A DNA stretch of 64,000 nt, taken from the NCBI GenBank assembly GCA_010909165.1, contig MU008233.1:20383-84382 (forward strand), written 5' to 3'. The notes beneath the pieces were generated by a model. It was given only the letters and a program-made list of their open reading frames with translations. It did no database searches and was not told the DNA's origin. Position 1 is the first letter of the stretch, and the number at the start of each line of letters is the position of its first letter. Below are positions 50,451 through 64,000 of this stretch, one piece after another. A program made the translations under genes and the position numbers. Source of the DNA: Anthoceros angustus. Taxonomy: Eukaryota; Plantae; Anthocerotophyta.

Positions 50451-53400
50451 AAGCAGACTAAAGTGGCCATGACACTTGCTCCCCCCTTGTGGGAGGAAAA
50501 TTCCGGGGCTTCCAAGATTCACCCTCTAGTGGCCACACTTATCCCACTGTCGCTTAGCACGTTGGGTTTTGTCCCATGAGACTTGTGTGGACCAGGTGAT
50601 TCGAGATCAATTGTTGCCTACACACTCCTCACAACTCAGCCCCTCAACAAGCGAGGCACCTCTAACTTTCCTCTCTAGAGCAAATGCACCACTTGCTCCG
50701 AAAATTCACCAACTCTCGACCTACAACAACACAACACAACTGTAGGCCATGCCTCAGGGAAAGGAGTCCACCTCGGGCGCCGAGGGACCCCCTGACCCAC
50801 GCCGCGAGTTTGTCCCCATCTCTAAGACTAGCTCCTCCAACGATGGGAATGCCTTCTTGCTGCAGATTTGGGATTCATCCCGTAGGCTCTGCCTTGGGCC
50901 TTTCGCTATTTCCTACATTCTAATCCTCTACTCAACATTCCACTCCTCCTCATCCTCAACGCTCAACTCGACTCACCTCATCATCCTCCTACTCTAACCT
51001 CACTTGAAGCTCACTGGCCCCAGCTTGCCCTTACGGCACAACTACCTTGGGTTCGCCTACAAGCCAGCAAGTTCTTCCTTGGGCCGGTTGCTATGAGTTT
51101 AACACCAGATAGCGAGAACCTCCTGGGAGTCTTTCCCTGTAGTCTACCCTCAAGAGAGTTCCTTGGGCATCGCACACACCCAAAGCAAAGCAATTTCACA
51201 ACAACCATTCACAAGGGCAACCTGTGAGGCGCCCCAGAGGAGCGAGCCCTCTACCAAGCACTCCGACCACCGCAAACTTCCTCTCTACTAGACACTGCGG
51301 TAGCTTGCAGTCGGCACGAAATTCCTTCACAAGGGGCAAAGGACTCGCGAGTTTGGAAGTGCCAGACGTGATACTTTACTTCACAAAAACTCCTTCCTCT
51401 TATAGGAGGGGTCTCACATCCAACCTCCCCCTGATGTACCTCCCTCCACGCCGCCTTACACATTATTTTAATATATCATACTGTCAGGCTTTGAAGTCTG
51501 ACACTGAAACTTACTGGTTCACCTTGAGTAAATTCTATTCTAGAATTTTTCATCTGCGTAAGCCTTAATGGCTCTTGCCCAAGCTCCTGCCTACCTACCC
51601 TACACACCACCTACCCTTCTCAATTCCCAAGACATATTTATGGTCCTTGGCTGGACCCATCCTCATCCTATTGGGTAGGCGACGGTTTCTCCTCCGATTG
51701 ATCCTTATGCGCCCTTTTTGCTTCGGACTCATCCCCGGCCTCCGGCTCTTCTCTTATTCGTGGGGCAAGTAAATTTCTTGTCCCTTCACCTGCCGCGATG
51801 GTCTGTATCCCTTCCTTCTCCTCTTCCTCCGGTGGCGTCGCGCCCTTGGTCGTCCCGACCTCCATTGCAGGAGGAGTGGCGCTCGGTCCTCCCGTTGCTA
51901 CCTTGTACTTGGCAGGACCTTCATGGCTCGTCTCCTCCGTTGGACCTACGCCCGTAGGTACCTGACCTACCGTGGTTGGTTGCCTACCTACCGTGGCAGG
52001 TTGGCCACCTACAATGGTAGGTTGGTCACCTACCTTCACTCCTACATCTTTCCTTCACAGTGGCACCTTGCGGATCCTTCACACCACTTCTTCTTCTTGG
52101 ACTCTCGAGTCCATGTCGTTCTGCCTCATCAAATCCGAGGCTCCCGGTCTTGCTGCTTTCATGAGGGCTTCCTATCGTCATCATGAGGCTCCAATGCCCT
52201 CCTTTTCGTAAGGCGCAGCACCTCGTTGTTGGCCTTGAGGATCCGATTGTGGAGATGTACTCCCAGACTCTGGTACTTCATTTCAAGGTCGTTGAGGTCT
52301 TCAGGCCAACCTCACACCTACACTTGTAGGCATCCCTTGCCAAGGTTAACTCCCCCACTCTCACATGGAGGGCGACATTGTCCTCTCTGGCCTCCTTCAA
52401 CTGGTTGGTCAATTTCGCTTGTATGCGGTGATTGCACGAAGAATCGACTACGGGAGGGTAAGGCAGCGAGGAAGCAACCAGCGTGAGCATGGGAGTGGCA
52501 GCCGCCACGAGGCAGCAGTGGGATGTAGACACGCCCGCGGTACCATGTATGCATGCAGGGATCTGAGAATCAACCTTTAGACATCAAAACATCTTTGGGT
52601 AAACGGAGGTGCGGAAGATGACCCAGCCAGACCTTGATGATGGGGAGATGAGGCGCACTTGCTAGTTCCTCTGGCGGAGACAGCCTGCTCCAGGCGAAAG
52701 ATGGAGGCGGAGTGAAAAGCCTGACTTCCATGTCGGTGATCGGATCGCGTGGGAACTGTCATGCTGAAACTAACATAAGACCATGCATTTGGGGCACCAT
52801 GTGGGAGGCGAGATCCTCACACCCCTATAGGTAAGCAATGAGAGTTGGGCTGTGGAAATGAGGTGATGGTCAATGGTCCCAAGCCCTCCACATATTTGAA
52901 ATGCTTCTCCTTGGAAAGAGTCTTGGTTAGATGTCGGTACATGTGTTGTCTCCAATAGATACATAAAGAACCTTTAGAATCCCCCTCAGAAGTATCCATA
53001 ACATAATGGTGATGAATTTCAATGTGTTTAGTGCGTGCATGGGCGAGGTTGGCGACAAGGCGATAAGCAGGCTGATTATCGCCTTGAGAGGAGGTGAGTG
53101 GGACCTTCTTGTGGATTCACCTTGGTCTTGAAGAAAGATCTTTCCCTCAACCTCCCCTAGGGAGAAATCTTGACAGGGTTCTAATTCCTCCACATCATAT
53201 TATCATATAAAAAAATGAAGAAGATTCTTTTGTCTAGTTAAATCCAAGTAGTTTCTCTCTTGGAGACAAAACTACTTAGACTACTTGGATTTAAAATGCG
53301 GATGACTATCCACTATAACCAGAACCTCAATGGCATCACTATAACCACTATTTTTTAACCTTTGGGACCTTTAACCTGAGCTTATTTTGTAAAATAATAA

Positions 53401-53747
53401 ACTCTGGTTAGCATAATAAAGGTTTGGCTGATAATTTTTCTTTTATGTAAAAATACAGCACAGTAATTGTGCGTAAGAGAATACGATCATACTACAGTAC
53501 CTATTTTTTCCGTTTTACCTTTCTGTGTTTGAAGTGGAACTTAGAACTTAGAGGGGACAAATCTCGTTTTTCAAACGATGAAACAACGTTGGCTCCAAGC
53601 AAGGCCAAGCTTCAAACTGTAGGTTTCCCGCCCTTTTCATCCAGGCCTCCCTGCCGTAGAGTCGTGAAGAAAACCTGCGAGTTCTGGAGGCTCGATCTGT
53701 CTCGACGGCAAATTTGTGCGTTGTCGGAGGATCCAGGCCTGGAGAAA

Positions 53748-54210
53748 ATGCGCGTCTACGTGTCCCAGCGGCGGGGCATGGGGCCGGACAGAAAGAGGAG
53801 GGCTGTGGGCAAGGCTGCGGCTGTGGCCATTCAGTTGGAAGAACGCAGGCAGGAGCGGCACAGCTCGCTAGGCGAGAAATCGGCGCGTGATGGCGGAGGA
53901 GATAACTCTGACGCTAATTCTGACGACAATTGCTTTCAAGTGTTGGAGGGAGAGGCACAGGAAAAGGCTCTTCATACCAGTGACGATGAAGGCGAGAGTG
54001 ACAGCAGTGGGAAGGGAGAGTGAGGCAGAAACGGCCGTCAAGAAACGTGGAGGAGCGCGGGACGTGGATACCAGGACACCTAAGGCTGCCAAGTCAGGCA
54101 CCAAGGGAGCGCAGACCACCACTCCGAAAGCTGTTCTTGATCAGATGGCCTACTTCAAAGAGTTAGATCAGTTTGAACTGGAGGAGGAGGACGCATCAGA
54201 GGAAGAGTGA
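53748..54210 (+). CDS. Sororin-like protein (sister chromatid cohesion); one frameshift at ~54020
   Basis: Short, charged, disordered protein ending LDQMAYFKELDQFELEEEDASEEE*, like the Sororin C-terminal motif (QxAYFxEIDxFEL). Confidence 0.65.
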
Positions 54211-54727
54211 CTGCAGTGGAGGTTGGAGGACAAAGGTCTGATCCACGGCAAGCCTGGGGATGTCTCGACTTTGGCACTGCTTCTTCTTCTCCATGTACAG
54301 CTTAGATGGATGTCTTGTGGATAGGACTGCCAGCTGCCTGTTTTCAAGCTGCATCAAGCATGGATGCATTAGATGAACAACCGACAAGTTCTGCCAGATG
54401 GATGGATAGGGAGGTTACAAGGAGCTTCAATCAGATCTTCCAGCAACAACAGTGATGGTTTGTGTGCGCTCCTTACCATTACAAACGTCTACCACTATAC
54501 CGCCATCTTTGGTCTTGAAGAGATGGGTTACTAGGCAGATACTTCAACCTTATTTTTAGTGGCATTACTGAGTTTTGGTGCACTTCCTGATGACCTAGTG
54601 CACACATTCGCTAGTGTACAGCGATCTGAGGTAGTCAGCGAACAAATCTACACTGGTCCACTTGGGGAGTCTGTTCCGGCACACAAGAAGTGTTACGGCC
54701 GGTCTGCTTTGCTGTGATCTGAGACCC

Positions 54728-55234
54728 CTAATACCTGTACTTGGTGGAGTAGTCAGGGACACCACCAACACCACCCTCCCTTCTTGGCCCCTCGGTAGAC
54801 AGTCTCCACAATGTCAATAAACTCCTGTTTGTCCTTGAGGCCCAGTTGATCTTGTTGTTGTTTCCAGTCCCCAAATCGATCATGATGTGCTTGTTGCGGA
54901 AGAAGAACATGATGGTGCAGGGATCGTAGAGCTCGTACATGGTGTTGAAGTCCGGCACCTCGGTGATGTCCACCAAGTATATGACCGCCAGGTTCTTGAT
55001 GGTCTCCGCCACGGAGGCCAGCACCTCGTCCATCTGCAGATGCATGGGTTGGGGCTTCACGCCATCCCGCCACAGAACGCGCAGCAGAAACAGTGGAGCA
55101 GTCACGACACCTACCTGCATGCACGTCTCATCCCAGTCAGTGGCCGAATCGGATCACCACAGCTCGCCCTCCTCCGCCAGGATGGCCTGGTCCACTGCCC
55201 AGCCGGAGTGCAGATGCGGCAGCAAGTACGACAT
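54728..55234 (-). CDS. YLS8: DIM1/TXNL4A thioredoxin-like U5 snRNP protein; exons 55234-55115 and 55033-54728
   Basis: MSYLLPHLHSGWAVDQAILAEE...MDEVLASVAETIKN.AVIYLVDITEVPDFNTMYELYDP...KHIMIDLGTGNNNKINWA...DYSTKYRY*; GT-AG intron at 55114-55034. Confidence 0.97.
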
Positions 55235-55690
55235 GGTTGCGAGCTCTCTAGCTGCCTCGCGCGATTCACAGAGGCTGGAAATAACGAGACACGGTTTTCA
55301 GATGCTGAAACCTAACTTTTAAACACGTCAAAACACTAAAACGTGCCAGCTTCCACTGAATACTTTTATTCTCGCTAAGCTAGTACGTAGTTACCTCAGT
55401 GGGATTCTCAATTCTGAAGTCCCATTTACAGATCCTTTCTAATAGCAACTCTTTTCTTCACAACGTTTGGTAAGGGAAGTCTCTTCTTCCCTCACGAATG
55501 CTGCTGTGCAAAAGAGAACTTGCTAGGCTGTTTACAGCCAATTCCTGGATCATTATTCCAGTCTTGGTCCTCGACGTCTGCTCAGTGGCATCCTACTGCC
55601 TCATAGCACAGCCATCAAACAAAACAATGCAATAGGCTAACACTTGAATGTGTGTGAGCTCAGCGACAGCAACAAAAGACGAGTCGGAGC

Positions 55691-56569
55691 TCATCTATAG
55701 TAAAGATATGCCGGCTGGATGTCCACGGTGAGACATCCGGTGGCCAGTGACTCTCTCTTGCTGTTGAGGCCTGACTGTGGCCAGCTTCATCCTCCTGTCC
55801 CTCTCATCCCTGAGCCACGGCTCCCACAGCCTTGATCAGATGCCCGGCCCTATCCAGCTCGTGCAGATCTGAAATTCTACCAGAACGACTGGAGCTTGCC
55901 ATCTTCCACATAAGCGAAGTGAGTGGCCCAGGTCTCAGGCCGTCGAAGATATGAGTGGCGTACACGATAGTGGCGCCCGCTGCTCGCACTCCTGCGCGAA
56001 GAACCTAGCAGATCCATCCTGGCCACAACGTCCAGATCCACCGTGATCTCGTCCAGCAGCAGCACCTGGAACGGGTGCAGCAGGCCCATGCAGATCTGCA
56101 CGCGGCGCCGCTGCCCGTCCGACACCCTGTGCATCCGCCAGCGCAGATCTATGTCCAGAAGCTCCACCAGCGCATCCCTGCGCGCGGGATCCACTCCCTC
56201 CACCCTCCGTAAATCAGAGTCTCTGCGGACAGGTCCCCCTGCAGCGGCACCTCCCCCGATCCCACAGACCTAGTCCACGATCCTCCTAGGTATGCCAGCT
56301 TCCCACTGCAAACCAGAGACGTGTCATGGAATGCCGACTGCCCCAGCACTCTCACCACATTCTTCCCCCCGACCATGTGCTTACCTGCCAGGATCTTCAG
56401 CAGCGTCGTCTTCCCAGCTCCATTTGCTCCCACCAGCAGGCATCGTGACCCCGGCTTCAACAGAAAAGCTCGTGATGAACTGCTGCTGCTGGCCAGGATA
56501 GGTGAAGTGCATAGCATCCACCTCCACACTGTTCTCCATCTCCTGCTCATGCTCACCGCGTTCCGCCAT
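55691..56569 (-). CDS. Soluble ABC ATPase, ABCI19/20/21 (CAF16-like) subfamily
   Basis: [74 protein letters not shown]; C-terminal SRH..YYR*. Confidence 0.92.
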
Positions 56570-57958
56570 TTTCCAACTTCTTCACCGACTGCTCGCTGGT
56601 TCCCTACAATGACAGCACCGCCTGCTGTCTGCCTGTGTGATGAAACCACTAGATCGCGCTCAAAATTCTCAACTTCCGACTCCAGCATGTACATGCCATG
56701 TACATATGTACATATAGGTATGTGCACTCGTGAAGGTACATAAATGTTTGTACCAGTGTATATTACATCCCCTTATTTATTGTCTTTAGTCTATTCAAGA
56801 GCAAGATGGGGTCAGCCAATCACAAGGAGACTCCAAGATAGCAGTAAAAGGAGGAGCAATTAAGCCTATTGAAAATTAAAAATTAGCGGTAATCCTATGA
56901 TATCATAATTTAATAAATTGAATGGCCTACACACTAACTAATGAGCTTGTCGAAGATGCATCACTAACATTAGTCATGTGGTCCGTAAGATAGTGCTGCA
57001 AGTGTCCAATGAACCCCGCTGTCAAAAGAACGCCGCGAAATAGGAGAGTGGTAGGCTTGGCTCTGTGCCTTCTTGTATGTTATATGTTGGTAGCTATCCC
57101 TTACACCGGTGGACTAGGTTATGACATATTATTTGTCCTATTATGATTGAAAATAAGTATGAAAAAATATTATCAAAATTTATTTTATATTATTGAAGAT
57201 AAATAAAACCTAATTCATCATCTTTGCACTCACATAGTAATGGAGGTTTAATAAAGCAGTTGTCAGCAAAGCAGGGCATATAAAAGATCGTTGACGTGGC
57301 GTCCACCGTGAATATGTCAATCTCTATGAAGTCCAGTGTGAACAGGCCCTTAAAATCCGAGAAATTCTCATTTGGGTGCGAATCGTGAGGTCGAATCCTG
57401 CTATATATGTATGTTCACAAGTAGGTATATATTCAATTTAACATTTGCGAAGACCTTATTATGATACCTGCAGCACCTTGAGTTCTGAAACTGTTCTATA
57501 ATAAGCTAGGTCTGTGATCGGACTAACTGCTGCATTGCCTTCGAGGGACACAGCCTCCAGCCAGCCGCCTCTTCACGCTCGTCCGCCCACCTCCTACGCC
57601 CATCTAGATTCATTCCATTGGTCTTGTGTGTTGTGTGTGTGGGCCTCGCAGCAACAGATCATATAACGATGCGTATTTGGTGGTGGACCTGATCCAATCC
57701 TCTGCGGGTGACTTCTGTTGGTGCCCGCACATCGGAGCAGATTATTATAGATTTCCCATTGTTCGAGCGGGCTTTCGGTCTTTGTTGGATTGTGTTTTGG
57801 TGACATAGCATCTGCTTTGTCACCGGGAGTTTTCCGTTTGTTGATTCAGGTGAGGGAGATTGTGCATTATTTGCGTCGTGCTGTGGTACATTCTGCTTGA
57901 TGAGGGTGTGGGAGACTGAGTTTTTGGACGGGTAGCAGGTTGAAGAGAAATTTGCATA

Positions 57959-60900
57959 ATGGTGCCTGGGTTAGTAGTTCCGGCTGGTGAGACAGTCGTC
58001 ATGTCCGAAGCTGAATCACCGAAGAAATCGAAAGTGAAGTCTGCCAGATTCCCGGAAGGAGGATCCCCCCTCGTCTGACAGGAAGGGAGGAAGAAGAAGA
58101 AGAAGAAAGACAGGAGATCCGAAGGGATGGTGAACGAGAGCTTGCCAGCTGAGCAAAATCGGTTGAAGAGAAAGAAGTCATCCGCGTGGGATGAGGAGCC
58201 TCCGGTTAAGAAGAGTAGAGTGTGTGATGAGGACCTTGAAGGTACTCGGGGTATGGGAGACGAGGAGAGTGACACTTCTTCTCTCGAAGCTGCAAAGCAG
58301 AGTGATCCTATGGCGGTCTCCAGCTTCAACATCTCTGAGACCGTGAGAGCGAAGCTGAAAGAGAAGGGCATTGAAGCACTTTTCCCAATCCAAGCCCTGA
58401 CGTTCGACATTGTCATGGGTGGAAATGATCTAGTTGGTCGAGCACGGACCGGGCAGGTGTGGCTCTCTTTGGCTATGTCCTGAGTACTGTTTCTAGTGCC
58501 GTTCTGTTTGATGCATGATTCTGATTTAGTGCCTGTTTGGTCGGTTTTGTTGTTCTTTTCAGGGGAAGACTTTGGCGTTTGTTTTGCCAATCGTGGAGAC
58601 ACTGGCCGACAAGAAGAAAATGCATGCGAAGAGGTCTTATGGACGAGCACCTGGTGTCATTGTGCTTGCTCCGACACGTGAACTGGCTAAACAGGTGACT
58701 TATCGTATGCCTCCTATGTTACCTGATGCTGTGGTTCCTAGATGTGTCCCCTGTCTCACATGTTTCATTGCACAGGTCTTTGCAGATTTTGAGAATTATG
58801 GAAGGGCAGTTGGTCTGAGTGTGTGTCTATGGCGGATCTCCTTACGCAGCCCAAGAGAATGCACTCAGGAAGGGTGTAGATATTGTGGTTGGAACTCCAG
58901 GGCGCATCAAGGTCCTTCTGCACACCTTCGGTAGAATTGTGGATAGTTTTTCCAGTATTGCAGATTTTAATGAGTGTGCTCTATGGCTGAGCAGGATCTC
59001 ATGGAGAGGGGGACATTGAATCTTAAAACATTGAAGTTCCGTGTACTTGATGAAGCGGATGAAATGCTCAAGATGGGGTTTGTGGAGGATGTTGAGAAGA
59101 TTCTTGGTGAGAGTTATAAGTTGTAAGCTTGTTGGACAGAGGTACTTTATCCCCGGCTCCTCTTTTCTCAGCTGCGTAGGTTTTCTGCAGGTGGCGTGGA
59201 TGACCCTTCAAGTGTGCAGACCCTCCTATTCAGTGCCACCATGTGCCTGACTGGGTCAAGCAGGTATATAGCTTTTTGGCTGTGTTCAGTCCAAGTTTTT
59301 TCCTCACCTGAGATGTATTACCTTTGTTGCAACTATTGATTTGCATTTGACCTGGCAGATTGCAGCAAAGTTCTTCAAGGCCAGCAGGAGGACTGTTGAT
59401 TTGGTTGGGGATGAGAAAATGAAAGCAAGTTCCTCTGTCAAACATCTTCTGATGCCCCAGCCTATCAAGCCCGTTCTCACATTGTAGCGATGTCATCAGC
59501 TGTTACAGCAGGTGGGGCTCTACATCTTCTAACACCTAGGCATGGTTAGCTAATTTTCATGGATCCTGGGTAGAAGGTTCACATTATTTCTGTGGATGAC
59601 TTTTATGTTGACATTGCAGTGGTGGAAAAACAATTGTTTTCTGGAGACAAAAAATGATGCGTCAGAGCTTGCAGGTGCCCTGTCTTCCCCTCTGCTCGTG
59701 CCTTGCATGGAGACATAGCTCAAGGGCAGCGTGAGGTCAGTCTTAGGCTAACACTCATCTGGATGCTTCTAGTTGATGGAGTACATACACACAGCTCTAT
59801 CATCAGTCTTTTGTCACCCATCAGTCTGCTGACACAGTTTATGTTTTGCTCAGGTGACCATGCAAGCGTTCCGTGAAAAAGTTCCAAATACTGGTCGCTA
59901 CTGATGCTGTTGCACGCGTGGGCTGGATGTGAATGACGTCCAGTTGGTGATCCAGGTACGGACTGTATTTGTTATTTGGTGCAGTGGTGCTGTCAACCCG
60001 CTTTCAAGTGCCAGTTTGCAGCCCACATTTGTGGAAGCTTAATTTTTGCATGTGCACTTTTATTCAGCAGGCTGTGTGTCCTGTGCAGTGTGAACCACCT
60101 AAGGATGTTGAAACGTACATTCTCATCGGTCAATTCGTACTGGACGAGCAGGTGTGCACTCATCAGTGCGGCAGGATGTGACCTTTTGTAGTTGGACTTG
60201 CTCCTTTTACTTATCTGGCTAATATAGGGCTATTTGCGGGCAGGTAACACGGGCGTCTCTGTTCTGCTGTATGACCGAAAAAAGGAGTACATGGTACCTA
60301 TCATTGAGAGAAAAGCAGGATTTAGGTTTGGCGCATTGCAGCTCCACAACCTGCAGATATTGCCAAAGCTTCTGCGAAATATCTGCTTTAGATGGTATTC
60401 GTGATGTATCAGATAGGTAGTGATACTTAACTGCATTTTTGTGTTGTTTTCTTGAACTCCTCAATATCTCATTCTCATTCTTGCAGCTCATGCTTTTAGA
60501 TTATCTGAGAGATTCGGGTGTAGTAGGTGTTGATTGAACTCAATCCTTGCAATCTTTGTGTGCAGTGTTATACCTGTTTTTAGGATGCAGCACAGAATCT
60601 TATAAACAGCTCTGGTTTACCAGCTGTGGATATCCTGGCGAAGGCGCTTGCAAAGATATCTGTGAGTCTTGGCTTACGGCATTGCAGTTTGCTGTTAGGA
60701 TATGACTGAACCTGTTAGCAGTCTCCAGTCTTGAGCAATCCTAATGGCTGTCTTGTCAATCTCAGGGACATACTGAGGTCAATGAGATCACGTTATCCTC
60801 TATTGATGGTGCAACACTTTGATCCTCGAGACACAAGTCTTCATGCAAACATCGGGGTACTTCTAGGGCCTACTCTGTTTAGTGATTGCTTCTGCATTAG

Positions 60901-61450
60901 GCCCTCTTGAGCTTATTGTGTGGTATCATTTGAGTTCATTCAGGTATGCGTTCAACTGTTTGAGAAAATTTCTCCCAGATGAAGTGGTGAGATCAGAAGT
61001 GAGGAGGATGTCTCTTTCTCAAGATGGATATTCTGCTGTGTTTGACCTACCGTCAAAACGCTGCCGACCGACTTGAACGTGAGCAACCATTGGTTTCCTC
61101 TGCTAATGTTTCCCATGGATTGGCAGTCATCTCAGGGTGCAACTTCTGACGTGCAACTGAGCTTTGTTTTGCAGCGAAGGAAGGTAGTCTCTTTGGCAAC
61201 ACTTTCACCATTAGGATTGCTGATAGCATCCCTGAGTTACAAATACGCCCAGATTCTTCTGGGAGAGGGTACGTTCGTCTGAGCTTGTTGGCTGTCGATA
61301 GAACACTGATTTCCTTCTAATCACATGCTAACCATTGATTTTGCAGGAACTTCAGTGGTGGTAGGGTGGGGCTATGGGTCTGGGCGAGGAGGAGGGCGAG
61401 GAGGATCTTATGCAGGAAGAGGTGGTGGAGGGCAACAGAGACGTTGGTAA
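57959..61450 (+). CDS. RH7: DEAD-box RNA helicase RH7 (DDX21/DDX50 family), multi-exon
   Basis: LFPIQA..FD...[10 protein letters not shown]|[62 protein letters not shown]-like region and Gly/Arg-rich tail ending QQRRW*; GT-AG introns. Confidence 0.93.
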
Positions 61451-62794
61451 AATCTTGTGCAAAACTGCTACCTTTCTCCAGGACGCAAGCAGCTACTTGA
61501 GCAATCGGTGGTTGGATTTGGTTTTATCGGGATGATTCTAATCATTAAACGTTCCTTGCAGTCATGGTAACTAACGAAAAGCCCGACTGCAAGTGAGAGC
61601 TGTATTGACCTGCAGCTTAGACAGATACCAGTTCTGTGAGCAACATTATTGTCCATCGCCAATTCCTTGCTGTAGGAAAGCCTCATTTCTTTTGTAGTCT
61701 GGAAGCAAACTACCAGCAGGTGATTAATTACGGTTCAAATTTGAGAACTGTAGGATGTTGTTTTATCTTATTCAAACTATTATGGTGTGTAGTGTTACAC
61801 AGACTTCGACCACCCTTCAATCGTAGAAGTTGCCGGAATGTTTCAAGCTGCAATGAAACAATCGCTAGTTTTCATATCTACCTAGAATCCGTGATGATGA
61901 TGATGATGACCCTACCCGAGTACTTCGCATTCGTAGGTTAGTGTAAAACAAAATAGTTGGACATAAAAGAAGAATCGTTTCCATGTTGGGGAGGATCAAT
62001 TTCTCGTTTCAGAAGTAGCGTGAACTTGATACACAACTTTAAATGATTCTCCAGCGACCCGCCCTTCGTAATTTGAGGTTTCCTTCCTGTGTGCGATGGG
62101 ATTTTCTGTCCGTTGGAGGTTCCAAGTGTTTGCCAATATACAAACGTGATATGATGCTTGAACCAGTCTTCAGTTGTCACGTGTCATTGCGGCTGCTTCA
62201 TTTGCTGTTGCTCCTCGCACACAACTCTACCAACGGTGCGAGATCCAGTCTCTTGCTAGCTGTCACCGAGCTACATGCTCCCAGTTGGTAATCTTGCACT
62301 AGAATACCATGACTTTGGTTTTTATGGCTAAAAGCATGGCAGTTTTCGATCGAGGCGACGCTACACTATCATCGGCGGACTTCTTGGACCTTTTAACACG
62401 ACATCACCTAGCCTTCACACCCACCGGGCTCCAACCTAGGAGCCTTGGGATCCTTTGATGTTTTCCTCCTTTGCCTTCAACTCTATTCTTGGTGTTGCCT
62501 TCTTCAAACGCCTCGACATCCCATGTATGTATTAAGTGATGTATCGGATAGGTAGTGATACTTAGTCTGCATTATCAATCTTGGGATGTTCTTGGATGCT
62601 CGTTGAGTGCATGATCTACCACCTCCAGGCCAAGGGAAGTAAAGAAGTTGATGGCAAGGGTTTTTCGATTATCTTTGAGGAATTATAAGTCCCGAATCAA
62701 ATAAGCATTGCATGAGGAGGATCCGTGAGTCTTCGTTCGAGTTCAAAGTACTTAACACCTCTTGTACACATACACTCGACTCGTCAAGGATGTA

Positions 62795-62860
62795 GCGACC
62801 AAGAATATACGATCCCCCGACCCAGAATATATGATCCCGACCAAGAATATATGATTCCGG
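62795..62860. repeat. ~21-bp tandem repeat x3 (cgaccaagaatatatgatcc)
   Basis: Directly visible. Confidence 0.8.
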
Positions 62861-63616
62861 TAGATGTGGGTGCATATGCATCGGCTAATATAAGAACTCC
62901 AGTTAAGCAACCTCTGCTGGTGCCTAGTGGTGGGGTATCCAAGGCCGGGCCTTTCTCATGCAAGGTCTAGTCGAGATCACCTTGTTGATAATGATAATGA
63001 TGATCACCAAGTGGTACCAAGTTGGGATTCTACACCAAAGCTAGCTAGCTATCACGTGACCATAAACCCTTAATCGTATCCTTAAGTTGAAGCTTCTCAA
63101 TCACCCAAATTTCGAGAGAACAAGCTATTATTTATTGCAATCCTAGTTCTCCACCACCGCACTAGTGCCCAGTGCCCAGCTAGGTAAAGAGCTTTGCTGA
63201 AAATAAATGAATAAATACGACAATCTACCTCACCCTAAAACGTGTATGCCATATCTTTTAGATATGATTTAAACTATTTATTATAGGTATAGAATTTAGA
63301 TTTTTAAATATAAAATATTTTTATCTAAAATTTTAAAATCTCTTAATAAATAGTTATTATATAACTCTTTGCACATTGGGGCAAGAACTTAAGCTCCCAA
63401 AATTCATAGGGAGGTTTTTGTTTATGTATCGAGTCCCATTTATGAGAGGTGGACTACAATTAAGTATCAAGTAGTAGCTCCCAACCCAATCCCAAATTCA
63501 TAGGAAGTTTCGTTTCGTATGGAGGTCCATTCATGGAAGGTGGACTAGCATATAGATGTCGGGAGGACTTTACTATATGATATATACTTTGCTTCTCAAT
63601 CCTTCGTTTCCTGTCT

Positions 63617-63704
63617 TTCTAGTGTTTATCTTGGACCCAGGCACCAACTAGACGAAGACTTTCTAGTGTTTATCTTGGACCCAGGCACCAACTAGACGAA
63701 GACT
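63617..63704. repeat. 44-bp tandem duplication
   Basis: ttctagtgtttatcttggacccaggcaccaactagacgaagact occurs twice. Confidence 0.9.
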
Positions 63705-64000
63705 AGTCGTTAGGAACAATGTATTCTACTCTATGCACCAATCACTTATAGCTACATGCATCTACAACAATCACTTTATCTTGGACACTCTCCATGAGCA
63801 AGTTCTTGATTGGATTCATGCTCGAGTATGTCAGCAGCCATGGTCTCTCTGCACCAGCAGTGGGCTCCTCTGGCGGGTCACCTTACCCAACCTCCGATGT
63901 CGATAAGTAGTTCTAACTAGCGTAGATGATTATGCTCCCTTTTCGGAGTGTTTTTCTTATGAGCTGACATAAAGTTTTATGAGTTTAGACCAAAATTAAA

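Noticed and set aside
50600-53200. Possible retroelement accessory ORFs with short peptide repeats (GGQPATVG)
   Set aside because: No diagnostic domain is visible; insufficient support to annotate.
57370-57405. tRNA T-arm-like string (gaggtcgaatcc)
   Set aside because: No acceptor, D or anticodon stems could be built.
57820-58650. 276-aa minus-strand ORF
   Set aside because: Antisense shadow of the first RH7 coding exons.

Overview
Eukaryotic plant nuclear DNA, most likely from a hornwort (Anthoceros-like) or another U-to-C-editing seed-free plant. The assembly is error-rich: small deletions are pervasive and frameshift even housekeeping genes. The first 37 kb holds six paralogous PLS-class PPR genes ending in the variant DYW:KP deaminase-like domain (KPAVA, HAEKLA, C-terminal CSCKGRP), the class associated with reverse U-to-C organellar RNA editing. 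The main observation is that the copies with an intact 5' end (1, 4, 5) carry one or two N-terminal motifs ([38 protein letters not shown]...PAWV) matching the ssDNA-binding PDF motif of plant organellar OSB proteins, suggesting a PDF-PPR-DYW:KP fusion. Copies 1-4 form two tail-to-tail inverted pairs in a ~9 kb tandem duplication, joined head-to-head at ~9950. The paralogs differ in PLS repeat number and in N/T specificity residues. Also present: a MULE transposon with TIRs and a 9-bp TSD; a chromovirus-type Gypsy element with AGT...ACT LTR ends flanked by a ~146-bp direct repeat; Copia remnants; and a short bacterial-looking fragment beside an N gap. The right end has four ordinary genes: sororin-like, DIM1/YLS8, ABCI19/21-like and DEAD-box RH7. 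All family assignments are by eye, without database searches, and most boundaries are approximate.
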